64,000 bases of DNA from an uncultured Planctomycetaceae bacterium. Its GTDB lineage: Bacteria > Planctomycetota > Phycisphaerae > SM23-33. The notes beneath the pieces were generated by a model. That model was not told where the DNA came from. It worked only from the letters and a program-made list of their open reading frames with translations, and did not search any database. The stretch covers positions 63,940 to 127,939 of the forward strand of contig CAZOVB010000001.1 in assembly GCA_964583095.1 (NCBI GenBank), given 5' to 3'. The position numbers were made by a program, and so were the translations under genes. Of this stretch, positions 30,167 to 39,313 are shown one piece after another. Each line of letters starts with the position of its first letter. Position 1 is the stretch's first letter.

Positions 30167-30900
30167 GGCGACATTCTACCGGCATAAGCCCCCCAGCGAA
30201 ACCACTGCTCCTGGTGCAAAGCCTGCTTGTGAGAGGGGGGGTCGGCCACGCTACGGCAGGGCCGGGTTCCTTTATTCGGAAAAAGACGCAGCCGCTGGGC
30301 CCTTTACCGGGGCCGGGCGAACACGATGCCACCGATCCAGGATGCACTCCCCACCATCGTTGCCCAAGAGTCTTCCTCGAACGTAGAGTCCAAGGCTTCT
30401 GTTGCTCTTGTGCCACTTTTCCGAGGACGCCCCGAGGTCAGGTTGCCCCACAAGCCTGCGGTAGGTCGCTTCGTCGACGCCAAATGGATAGCGTGCGGAT
30501 ACGTAAAGCGTCTCCTGGCCCCATCGGTAAGCCTCCTGGGCTACCAGCCCCCCGGGGCCCTGCCCGATCGGTTCGTCGGCTTGAATCATCCAGTCGTGAA
30601 CACCCGGTGGCTGGGACGGGATCAGAAGCCAATCGCCTACCCGTCGAGTAGGACCGGCTGGGTCGGAGGATCTTGTCTTTTCGGGAAGGAACATCTCTTC
30701 ACTTCTTTGCTGTCCGGCTGGTCTTTCGAACCAGGAACCGGAGTTTGCTTCTAACCCGCTTGATGGTGTGGTGGAGGTTGCGGCCGTGGCCTGGTCTTTT
30801 TTCCAACCCCCGCAATCTGCATGCGTATCGCACAACTTACAATTAATCTTTCTGGTTTCAGGAATTGCCGGCATTGCGCGATGATTTAGTGAAGTTCCTG

Positions 30901-30910
30901 CCCCCCCCCC
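30901..30910. repeat. Poly-C homopolymer tract (C10), 30 nt downstream of the DUF4954-like gene stop
   Basis: Read directly: cctgCCCCCCCCCCgcaacc. Confidence 0.9.
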
Positions 30911-30939
30911 GCAACCGGCGAGGCCCTGTGTCGAAGCGA

Positions 30940-33144
30940 TCATCCCCTGCGGCGGATTTGATCGATGCGACGCTTGAACGAATCCGCCTCGGTTCGCATC
31001 TGGCGGCAGAACTCGTCGGCGTCGACCGATCCGACAACCGCTCTCATCTCGTCGGCGTCGCCGAAGGTCATCCGGCGGAAATGTCCGGCATAGTCCTTGG
31101 TACGACTTTCGTACGTCCGTCGGGCCATCAAGTCGCGGGTCCGGGCTGCTTCTTCCAGCGATTCCTGCCAGAGGGCATCGCCGGGCTGCTCGTCCTGCCA
31201 GAGCTCCTTCAAGACCCCCAGGCAATGGGCCTGCTTGTCCTCGGGATACTTCTGCCAGAGGCGATCCCACGCTGCGTGGATCTCCTGCCAACTGGAAAGC
31301 TTTCCTGCCCGGATTTCACCGATGATCTGATTCAGATCCCCCTTCCACACGATCTGGCCGCCGAGATTCATCCACTCCCGCTGACGTGGGCCCGAGAGGT
31401 CTTCACACATGGCCTGGAAGTCCGCCTCGGGGTTCTGGTCCATGTAGTCCAGAAGATTCTCGACCGCGTACATCAGCAGCATCTGGCGATACGCCCGGTA
31501 CCCCGCGTGGGGCTTGAGGATTCGGCAGTCTCGTCGTGAATTTTCCATCTGCTCAGCCAGAACCAGCAGGTCGCCCGAGGCGTGGTCATCGCCGCTGAGA
31601 AGTTCGCGTCCCAGGTGGATGAGTTTCTCTTCAGCCGCTTCGCCGGCCCCCTGTTCGGAATCCCGCAATCGCGCCCTCCCGGTCCACAGGGCCAGAAGCT
31701 CCATGCCCCGGAGAATCTCCTCGGCGGTATCCGGAGCCAGTGCATTGAATTCGATCTTCTGGGCCGGGTCGTAGCGCTGATCCCTCGCCTGGAACTTCCA
31801 ACTGTTCCGCGCCAGGGCGTACATGTTGTACATCCACCAATAGGCGGGCATGACCAGCAGGCAGTCGGCGGGGAGATCCTGGCTGATCAGGCTGAAAGGA
31901 AGACGCACGTCCAACTCGGCCGGGTAGCTTCCCTTGGCAATCAAGCTGTAGGAGGCGAATCGGCTGCTGTGTTTCAGGCTCACACACAGGCCGGGCCAGA
32001 AGCCGCGCCTGGCCGAGATCTCGCCATCGGGCGCGCGAGAATTGTGATTGGAACCGATGGTCGCCCCCGCGGCGATGTTGCTCTGGCCCCCCACGTAGGC
32101 GGCAATCAGGAAGGAGTTGTTGTGATGCTGCTCATGGGCGGGACAGATCAGGCTCGAAAGTACTTCACAGCAGGAGATGGTGGAATTGTCACCGACAAAC
32201 ACATCGGTCAGCCTTGCCCCGGCCGAGAGCGTGACCCGCTGGCCCAGGACGAATCGTCGGGCCTGGACATGGCCGGTCACTCGGCAGCCGCTGTGGATGA
32301 TCCCCTCGACCAGGACAGCCCCGTCTGCGATTTCCGTCGGCTCTTCCAAACAGGATTCCACCGTAAGACTTTCCAATCGCACCGCCGAGACGATTCGTCC
32401 GAAAGCTCCCATTTGCAGATCGACGATCGAGTCGCAGTTGCGGATAGTGGTGGCCTGTCCAACCTGGCTGTACGCGCCGCGCATCGAGCCGAACTGATGC
32501 TGGGTGATATCCCGCAGGCGGTCGAGCATGTCTTCATCGCCGCGAAAGCGACACCACAGGGCGGCATCGCTGCTTCTCATGGAAGGAAAGGCCGCCACGC
32601 CCCTGCCGGCGTTTTCGTTAACCAGCCAGAGCCAGACGCGCCGGTCCTCGCTCTGTCCGTCTCGGACCACGCCCATGCCGAACCGGGCGGTGGGCGTGGT
32701 GTACATCTCGCCGATTCCGCAAAGCACGCAACGGTCGCCGATGATGCAGTGGGCCAGGTAGCGAACGTCTCGCAGGCATACCTCGCTGCCCAGATCAGAG
32801 GAGATGATCGTGCTGCGAACCAGCCCCGCAGGCAGCACCTGGCCCTCGACGCTCAGAGACGCATGGGACATCGCACCGATCCGCACCAGGCCATAGAATT
32901 CGCAGTTCTTCACGCGATCGGGCAGGAAGGGATCTTCCACCAAAACCTTGTTCCAGTCATCGCTGGAATTGCCCCCGGCCTCGAGCTGGGATATCTCCTC
33001 TTTACTCAGCGATCGCCATGCGTGGTCTTCTGGAGGGTTGGCTGCGTCGCGGGCGTAATACTCATCGGCCCCGTCGGGCAGAAACGAGGGGTTGACGAAC
33101 TGGTATCCGACGTGGGCTTTTGTACTGCGGCGAATCCGCTTCAT
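30940..33144 (-). CDS. Large beta-helix (hexapeptide-repeat-like) protein, DUF4954-like
   Basis: 734 aa. Central region with repeated [LIV]G[DN]xxx[IV] hexapeptide-like turns. About 250 aa alpha-helical C-terminus. Confidence 0.5.
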   Translation of the reverse strand: MKRIRRSTKAHVGYQFVNPSFLPDGADEYYARDAANPPEDHAWRSLSKEEISQLEAGGNSSDDWNKVLVEDPFLPDRVKNCEFYGLVRIGAMSHASLSVEGQVLPAGLVRSTIISSDLGSEVCLRDVRYLAHCIIGDRCVLCGIGEMYTTPTARFGMGVVRDGQSEDRRVWLWLVNENAGRGVAAFPSMRSSDAALWCRFRGDEDMLDRLRDITQHQFGSMRGAYSQVGQATTIRNCDSIVDLQMGAFGRIVSAVRLESLTVESCLEEPTEIADGAVLVEGIIHSGCRVTGHVQARRFVLGQRVTLSAGARLTDVFVGDNSTISCCEVLSSLICPAHEQHHNNSFLIAAYVGGQSNIAAGATIGSNHNSRAPDGEISARRGFWPGLCVSLKHSSRFASYSLIAKGSYPAELDVRLPFSLISQDLPADCLLVMPAYWWMYNMYALARNSWKFQARDQRYDPAQKIEFNALAPDTAEEILRGMELLALWTGRARLRDSEQGAGEAAEEKLIHLGRELLSGDDHASGDLLVLAEQMENSRRDCRILKPHAGYRAYRQMLLMYAVENLLDYMDQNPEADFQAMCEDLSGPRQREWMNLGGQIVWKGDLNQIIGEIRAGKLSSWQEIHAAWDRLWQKYPEDKQAHCLGVLKELWQDEQPGDALWQESLEEAARTRDLMARRTYESRTKDYAGHFRRMTFGDADEMRAVVGSVDADEFCRQMRTEADSFKRRIDQIRRRG

Positions 33145-33505
33145 GGGTCTACCTGTCGCATTGCCTGGGGCACGCGTTTCAGAATTCCGCTACCGGCTCC
33201 TTGCCTTCCAGCCAGTTGAGCATGTTCAACACCAGCATGTTCCAGTTCTGGAATCCATGGTTCAACAGCGGCGTCTCGTCCTCGGGCTGATAGTACTCGC
33301 GAATGGTCTCTGCGTATTGGCTGAAGTCGGCCGGCACGGGGGCAGTTCCTTTCGAATTGGGAATCCTTGCTCCGGGCCATTTAACCCTTTGTGCCGGCTG
33401 GTGCCAAGGGGAAACCTACTCCCCCTGCCCTGTGGCCTTGGGCAATTACGCGGGCCGAAGCGCCTCCCGTATGCGCTTCGGCCCGATGTTCAGCGCCTGG
33501 CCAGG

Positions 33506-36043
33506 TCAGTCGGCCAGGTTGGGCACGTCGATGCTCCGAACCACCGAAAGCATGGCCAGCTCCGGCAGCCTCTCCACCTCAACGCTTCCCAGGACCATCC
33601 TGGCCGCAGGGGCCTCCAGAAGCTTCTCGAAGCCCAGGTCCTTGATTTTGGCCAGGCTCTCCGGGCTCAGGTCGGTCAGGTAGATCGCTATTTCAACCTT
33701 TCCGTCGGTTACGATCACCTTGCCCTGAGCGTAATTGCCCTTTTCGTCGAGCTTGGCCTGGAGATCCTGCAGGGCCTCGGCGACCTTGGCTTTGACAGCC
33801 CGTTCTCGCATCTGCTTTTTGGACAAGGGCTCCTGGGTGGCCTCATCGTCTCGGTCCGCATCTTCGGGGATATTCTCGACCGGGGCCACCTTCTCCGCCG
33901 CCTTTGTTGCCCCTCTCGCAGGCGCCTGGCCTTTCCGACCGGTGGCCTGTTTCAGACGATTTGCCGCGGGTCCGGTCGGCGCGGGTTTAGCACCGCCCGC
34001 GGCCATCCCTTGCATTATCATGCGTCGCCCTCTGACATTGACAGGAGCCGCGTTGCCATCGCCGAAGATGCCTTCGTAGCTGACCCCATCGGGCATCTCC
34101 ACCGGGACATGCACTTTCCGCGGTTTGCCGCCGAGGGTGACTGTCTTTTCTTCCACGGCCACGAAGCTGGTAAAGCGCGTCATCAGGCCATACTCCTGGC
34201 CGAGGTCGATAATCTGGGCCTTGATCTTCTCATCCGGGTTGCCCTGCTGCATGCCCCGCAGGTCCGAGGCCATCAGGTGATCTACCTTCGCCCGCGCCCA
34301 CTGTTTGGGCAAAACGGGGTTGCCCGGAGCCTTGGCCGGCAGGGTAACTTGAATTTCGCGGCTGAAGTCGCCCCCTCCACTGGTCCCGCGAAGGATGAGG
34401 GTAGCGGTGACGTCCTTTTCCGGCCGGCGGAACCGGCCCTTGATGACCACCGGTTTGGCGCTGAAAAGGTCGGGAATTACGCGCGGATACAGTTCATCGG
34501 CAACGATGTACGATTCGAGTTTGCCCCAGTCGATCGAGATGTCGGTCAGGACGGGGGCGTCGATCTTGTTGTAGAAGCTGTCGGCCTTGTCCTGTGCGCC
34601 CTTTTCCTGGAGCACATACTCTGCCTCTCCGCGGCCTGCCTGGGCGATTCCGTCGATGCAGTAGCGGTTGACGCTCTTGCCGGTCCCGAAGACGAACACG
34701 CGCGTGCCGGCGGCGTTTTCGCGGACAATGTCGATCATCTCCATGTCGTTGCCCACGAAGCCATCGGTGAAGAAGGCCACGATTCGCACCATGCCCTCGG
34801 GGGCCTCTCCGGTCAGGCAGGCGTTCATGGCCCCGGCCATTCGCGTCCCGCCCTGGCCCTTCAGGGAGCGGATGAACCGGCCGGCCTTGTTGCGATTATT
34901 CTCATCGTTTTCCACAAAGCCTTCAAAGACCGTGCCGGCCGAGTTGGCGAACTGCATGACGTTGAACTTGTCGCCGGGTCGCAGGTTTTCGATCGCCTTA
35001 AGGCAGATCTGCTGCGAGAGCGAAAGCGGAAAGCCCCTCTGCGATCCGGAAGTATCTACCACGAACATGATCTCGCGAGCGACGACCTGTCGGGCTGCAG
35101 GCCTGGCCGGCGGCTGAAGCAGCAGCGTGAAGTAGCCATCGTCCTGGTCGGTGTGGGTGAGCATCGCATCGGCGATATCGTCCGAGGCGGTCTCGAAACG
35201 CAGCACGAAGTCTTTATTGGGGATCTCGTCCTTGTTGGCCAGGGAGACCTTGGCCCGGGTGTGGGCGGGGTTCTGCCAGGTCAGATCAATCTCGTGGAGG
35301 GGTGCGTCGATCTGCTGGATCTTGACCCCCGGGTTGAGCATGACGGTGACCGAGATGTCATGGCCGGCCCGGATGCCCTTGGGCGTGATCGGGGGACTGA
35401 TGCGGTCGGCATCGGAGTCGTCGCTCTGCTCGGCTGGGACGCGACGGGGCTTGACCAGAGGCTGGGGCTCGCCCGGTGAAGGTGTGGGCCCCGGCTGATC
35501 GCCCGGGATATATCGAGGTCCGACGACCATGGGGAATACGAATTCATACCGGCCCGCATTGTACGTGAGCGTCTCGGTGTAGCCGATCGTGATGGTGATC
35601 TTCTTGCCCGGTTCGATATTGGCCACCGCCTGGGTGAAGATATTGGGCCTCTCCTGAGCGAGCAGGCTCGCGACGTGACCCTTTTCCTTTGCTTCTTCGT
35701 AGATCTGTCGAGCTTCGTCCCGGGGCTTGATGCGCCCGAAAATCACGCGATCGCCGACCTCCATGGTCATCTCGCTTACCGCAGCGTCGGACCCGAGGGG
35801 GAAGGTGTAGATGGCCTCGATCTTCTCGTCGTACGGGTTCTCGAAGACCTGCTCCACCTGCACATAGGCGGTGGTGCCGGAAAGGAAGACCTGCACATCG
35901 GTGTGTTGCAGGGGGCACCGGCCCAGCGGCTTGGCCTCGGGGCCGATTGCGGTCAGGCAGCCCTGGGTGGGAGCTTTCGCCCCGACCGAGGCGGTTGCCG
36001 GCAGCAGGGCAAGGATGGAAATCAGGAAGGTTACGCGCCTCAT
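33506..36043 (-). CDS. Secreted VIT-domain + von Willebrand factor A domain protein
   Basis: Signal peptide. N-terminal VIT-like domain. vWA MIDAS (FVVDTSGSQRG..GGTRMAGA..FFTDG). Long Ala/Lys-rich C-terminal extension. 845 aa. Confidence 0.8.
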   Translation of the reverse strand: MRRVTFLISILALLPATASVGAKAPTQGCLTAIGPEAKPLGRCPLQHTDVQVFLSGTTAYVQVEQVFENPYDEKIEAIYTFPLGSDAAVSEMTMEVGDRVIFGRIKPRDEARQIYEEAKEKGHVASLLAQERPNIFTQAVANIEPGKKITITIGYTETLTYNAGRYEFVFPMVVGPRYIPGDQPGPTPSPGEPQPLVKPRRVPAEQSDDSDADRISPPITPKGIRAGHDISVTVMLNPGVKIQQIDAPLHEIDLTWQNPAHTRAKVSLANKDEIPNKDFVLRFETASDDIADAMLTHTDQDDGYFTLLLQPPARPAARQVVAREIMFVVDTSGSQRGFPLSLSQQICLKAIENLRPGDKFNVMQFANSAGTVFEGFVENDENNRNKAGRFIRSLKGQGGTRMAGAMNACLTGEAPEGMVRIVAFFTDGFVGNDMEMIDIVRENAAGTRVFVFGTGKSVNRYCIDGIAQAGRGEAEYVLQEKGAQDKADSFYNKIDAPVLTDISIDWGKLESYIVADELYPRVIPDLFSAKPVVIKGRFRRPEKDVTATLILRGTSGGGDFSREIQVTLPAKAPGNPVLPKQWARAKVDHLMASDLRGMQQGNPDEKIKAQIIDLGQEYGLMTRFTSFVAVEEKTVTLGGKPRKVHVPVEMPDGVSYEGIFGDGNAAPVNVRGRRMIMQGMAAGGAKPAPTGPAANRLKQATGRKGQAPARGATKAAEKVAPVENIPEDADRDDEATQEPLSKKQMRERAVKAKVAEALQDLQAKLDEKGNYAQGKVIVTDGKVEIAIYLTDLSPESLAKIKDLGFEKLLEAPAARMVLGSVEVERLPELAMLSVVRSIDVPNLAD

Positions 36044-36532
36044 GGCAAGGCTCCTTTTCTTCTGTGTTGTGAGATTTCGACTCCACGGGACATGTATCGA
36101 GCAAGGTCTCTTTTGCGCAGGTTTTTCATATTTCCCCCGGAAGTCCGCGAAGATGGCTGCAAAAATCGCATCGCTTAATACTATCTTAACCTTTTCCTTG
36201 TGTTATCTTCGCGTCGTCATTGCATTTTCCTGACAAATGAGTCCTGGCAGTTCCACCGGCAGGCCGCTGGAATCGGCCTGCCTCAGGTGCTGCCGGATCG
36301 TTCCTGATAATTGTGCCTTTCAGGTTCGGTCCCACTGGACTTCCAGGAGTTCCTGTGCGCTGCTGGAAGGAATCAGGGACGCCGTTTAACCGTCCAGCAA
36401 GAAGATCACCTGCAGAGGTGCCTCCAGGCTCCGCAGCAAAGATGATCTTGCTGGGAAACCAACAGGGCTGACCAAACGCCGGTCGGCTCGACAAAGCCTG
36501 CAGCCCAGGCTGCACTCGGAAGGAGCAATTGC

Positions 36533-37936
36533 ATGGCAAGAGCAAAGAAATGGATTCTTGCGCTGGGTTTGGCGGTTCTGACCTGCCCGGCAGCGGCTCA
36601 GGAGCCGGATGTCCAGGACCTCCTGAGAAAGTACGAAGCACTTCAGAAAAAGGTCGAGAATCAGGACGAGCGGATTGCCGAGTTGGAAGAACGCAAGACC
36701 GCCGAGGCAAAGACCAACCTTCTCCAAGCCCTGAAGGACCTCGAAGGGGACAACAGCATGAAGGTCTTCTGGAAGGAAGGCCTGCGGCTGGAATCCTATA
36801 ACGGCAACTTCAACCTGCGGATCGGTGGACGCATCATGTTCGACATGGGCTGGTCGACCGACGATGATTCGGCCAGCCGTTCGAACATCGGCAACCAGGC
36901 CGACTGGTTCGAATTCCGCCGGGCCCGGCTCTACACCCAGGGCGACATCTACGGCAACATCAAGTACAAGCTGCAACTGGATTTCGCCGACGGAAGTCTC
37001 TCGACCAAGGATGCCTACATCGCCATCGTCACCAACGGTCACAGGTATCTTGAGGATGTGGTCGATGAGGTCAAGTTCGGGCACTTCAAGGAGCCCTTCA
37101 GCCTGAACGAACTGACCAGTTCCAAGTACATCACCTTCATCGAACGGGCCACCCCCGTCTCCCTGCTGGCGCCAAGCCGAAACCCCGGTGCCGCCGTGAG
37201 CAAATACTGGTCCGACCACCAGGTTGGGTACGCGGCGGGACTCTTCAAAAGCGCCGACGACGGCGAAGCTGCCTATGACGACGGCTACGCGTTTACCGGT
37301 CGCGTTACCTGGGCGCCCTGGCTGGAAGAAGCCGGCCAGAAGCTCCTGCACCTGGGCGGTTCGTACAGCTATCGCCACGAGGCCTCGGGTTCCACACGAT
37401 ACCGCACCCGCGGGCCCCAGCACATCGGCAACCGTCCACTGGATACCGGAACGCTCAACGAGGTCGATTCGACCAACCTGATGGGTGCAGAAGCCGCCTT
37501 CACCTATGGGCCCTTCAGCATGCAGAGCGAATACCTGGCAGCAAGTCTGGCCTCGATTGACAACCAGGACGACCTGTGCATCAACGGCTTCTATGTCCAG
37601 GCTGGGTACTTCATCACCGGTGAACACCGCGTGTACAAGAAGGGTACCTTCTCCCGGGTCAAACCCAAGCAGAACTACAGCCCCGAAGGAGGCTGGGGCG
37701 CCTGGGAAGTGGCCGCCCGTTACAGCTACACGGACATAGACGACGGATCGGCCGGTCAGCTCAGTCGTCCCGGCGACGTCACAGCCGTTACCCTCGGTCT
37801 CAACTGGTACCTGAACCCCAACACGCGCGTGATGTTCAACTACATCCGCTCCTGCTGGGATATCGGGGACAGCTCGGCCACGGGCTTCACCGAGGACATC
37901 GATACCTTCATCGTCCGCTTCCAGGTCGACTTCTGA
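36533..37936 (+). CDS. Phosphate-selective porin O/P family outer-membrane protein
   Basis: Signal peptide, N-terminal coiled coil, beta-barrel region ending in a terminal F (RFQVDF). LNWYLNPNTRVMFNY motif typical of OprO/OprP. Confidence 0.75.
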   Translation: MARAKKWILALGLAVLTCPAAAQEPDVQDLLRKYEALQKKVENQDERIAELEERKTAEAKTNLLQALKDLEGDNSMKVFWKEGLRLESYNGNFNLRIGGRIMFDMGWSTDDDSASRSNIGNQADWFEFRRARLYTQGDIYGNIKYKLQLDFADGSLSTKDAYIAIVTNGHRYLEDVVDEVKFGHFKEPFSLNELTSSKYITFIERATPVSLLAPSRNPGAAVSKYWSDHQVGYAAGLFKSADDGEAAYDDGYAFTGRVTWAPWLEEAGQKLLHLGGSYSYRHEASGSTRYRTRGPQHIGNRPLDTGTLNEVDSTNLMGAEAAFTYGPFSMQSEYLAASLASIDNQDDLCINGFYVQAGYFITGEHRVYKKGTFSRVKPKQNYSPEGGWGAWEVAARYSYTDIDDGSAGQLSRPGDVTAVTLGLNWYLNPNTRVMFNYIRSCWDIGDSSATGFTEDIDTFIVRFQVDF

Positions 37937-37968
37937 TCCCAGGCGGATCTGCACCCTTTGCACTCCGG

Positions 37969-38008
37969 CCGGGCCGGGCTTCGCAGGAAGTCCGGCCCGG
38001 CTTTCTTA
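37969..38008 (+). terminator. Rho-independent terminator after the porin gene
   Basis: ccgggccgg-gcttcgcaggaagt-ccggcccgg stem (9 bp GC, extendable through the cttc/gaag loop pairs), followed by cTTTCTTatg. Confidence 0.6.
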
Positions 38009-38023
38009 TGCCCTCACAACCCC

Positions 38024-38048
38024 TGCAACCGCTGCAACCGCTGCAAAC
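38024..38048. repeat. Short tandem repeat (CTGCAACCG)x2 + partial copy
   Basis: Read directly: ctgcaaccgctgcaaccgctgcaaa. Confidence 0.8.
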
Positions 38049-38270
38049 AACACAATCCTTACAGAGCGACGGAATTGCCCAAGAATCCAGAACAGATCCA
38101 AGTTTTTTCCTTACAATGTTTTAGAATCGAAACTGGGTAATTTCCCTCATCGCCGCGGGCATCGTCCAGTCGGGAAACCTATCTTGCAGGAGGTGACCCC
38201 GGATCTGGATCTTCGGGGATCATGACGTGGGACGAACCAACACGGGGACCCGTCTATTTCGTGAGGTGAG

Positions 38271-39305
38271 ATGATGTTCAACCTGTACCGCTGGACCCTG
38301 GCAGCGTTCCTGGTTCTTTGCTCCCTGCCGGCGCCCTCCCGGGCCGAGGACGACCCGTTCTCCTTCGACCTGCACGTGCGCCTGGGGACCGCCGAGATCA
38401 CCTCGGCCCGACACATACGCCTCCGGTTCCACAACAACCGCCAGACCCGCCAGGTGCGCTTCTATGTCTGGCACGAACACCAGCGTCAAGTGGTAAGACT
38501 CGACCCACCCCAGAGGGGCCCTTTGGAAGTTGTCTACCAACCAACGCGGACGGGCAAGTACATCGTCAAGGTCCAGGTCAGCGACCGGGAGAAAGGTTGG
38601 CTGGTCAAGGAGACATCCTTCCAGGTCGTCCCGCGCGACGGTCTGATGAAGACCTGCCTGATGCTCTCGAACGAAACCGGCTACTACCGCCACGACCTGC
38701 ATCTGAGCATCCTGGCCAACAAGCCCCTGGCCCGGCGGAAGGTCACGTTCCTCTACTTCGACAAGGCTGGCAACGGATGGAAGAAGATCCCCAATCCGGA
38801 CAACAAACCCAGCATCAAATGGCGTGCCCCGAAACCGGGTGAATATACCCTCCGGGCTGATGTTTCCAGCCCGGGCCCCGGCTACCACAGCAGCAAGGTC
38901 GACTTCACCGCACAGAGTTGGGAAGACTATCTCAAGCCCCCCGTCGCAACGGGCACCGTGAGAATGACGGGCCATCCTGATCTGCCCTTCCCCAACTCCC
39001 GGACGGACCTGCCCCCACAGAGCCCGATCTGGATCGACAAACTCGCGGGGAAGATCTGGCAGCCTCGCGATATCATCGTCCGCCTCAAGCGGCGGGAACT
39101 CGATCCGGTCAACGGACGCGTCACGCTGCTGGTCCGACACCAACGCGACGACAAGTGGACCACGCTTTCTCCGAATTTCCACTGGAAGTCATCCCGGAAG
39201 CTCTGGACACCCATCCGCCCGGGCAGATGGACCCTCCGCTTGGATGTCGTCTACAAAGATGGCCGGGAAAAGCGCTACACGCAGGACTTCATCGCCCGGC
39301 CCTGA
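38271..39305 (+). CDS. Hypothetical secreted protein (repeated beta-sandwich-like segments)
   Basis: Signal peptide (LAAFLVLCSLPAPSRA). Two similar about 150 aa halves with R/K/W-rich strands. Confidence 0.5.
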   Translation: MMFNLYRWTLAAFLVLCSLPAPSRAEDDPFSFDLHVRLGTAEITSARHIRLRFHNNRQTRQVRFYVWHEHQRQVVRLDPPQRGPLEVVYQPTRTGKYIVKVQVSDREKGWLVKETSFQVVPRDGLMKTCLMLSNETGYYRHDLHLSILANKPLARRKVTFLYFDKAGNGWKKIPNPDNKPSIKWRAPKPGEYTLRADVSSPGPGYHSSKVDFTAQSWEDYLKPPVATGTVRMTGHPDLPFPNSRTDLPPQSPIWIDKLAGKIWQPRDIIVRLKRRELDPVNGRVTLLVRHQRDDKWTTLSPNFHWKSSRKLWTPIRPGRWTLRLDVVYKDGREKRYTQDFIARP

Positions 39306-39313
39306 CTGGGCAC

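Noticed and set aside
30272-31291. 339 aa minus-strand ORF and 142 aa plus-strand ORF (30326-30754) in the gene-poor island
   Set aside because: The upstream third of the minus ORF overlaps the DUF4954-like gene. Neither ORF shows convincing third-position GC bias or motifs. I kept them as a finding for the noncoding island, not as CDS.
33092-35479. 795 aa plus-strand ORF
   Set aside because: It is antisense to the VIT-vWA gene, which has a MIDAS motif and a signal peptide. Its sequence is low-complexity with no motifs.
36386-37963. 525 aa minus-strand ORF
   Set aside because: It is antisense to the OprO/P porin gene, whose barrel ends in a terminal Phe and which has a signal peptide. No motifs.
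38220-39182. 320 aa minus-strand ORF
   Set aside because: It is antisense to the secreted hypothetical protein (which has a signal peptide). Composition-driven ORF.
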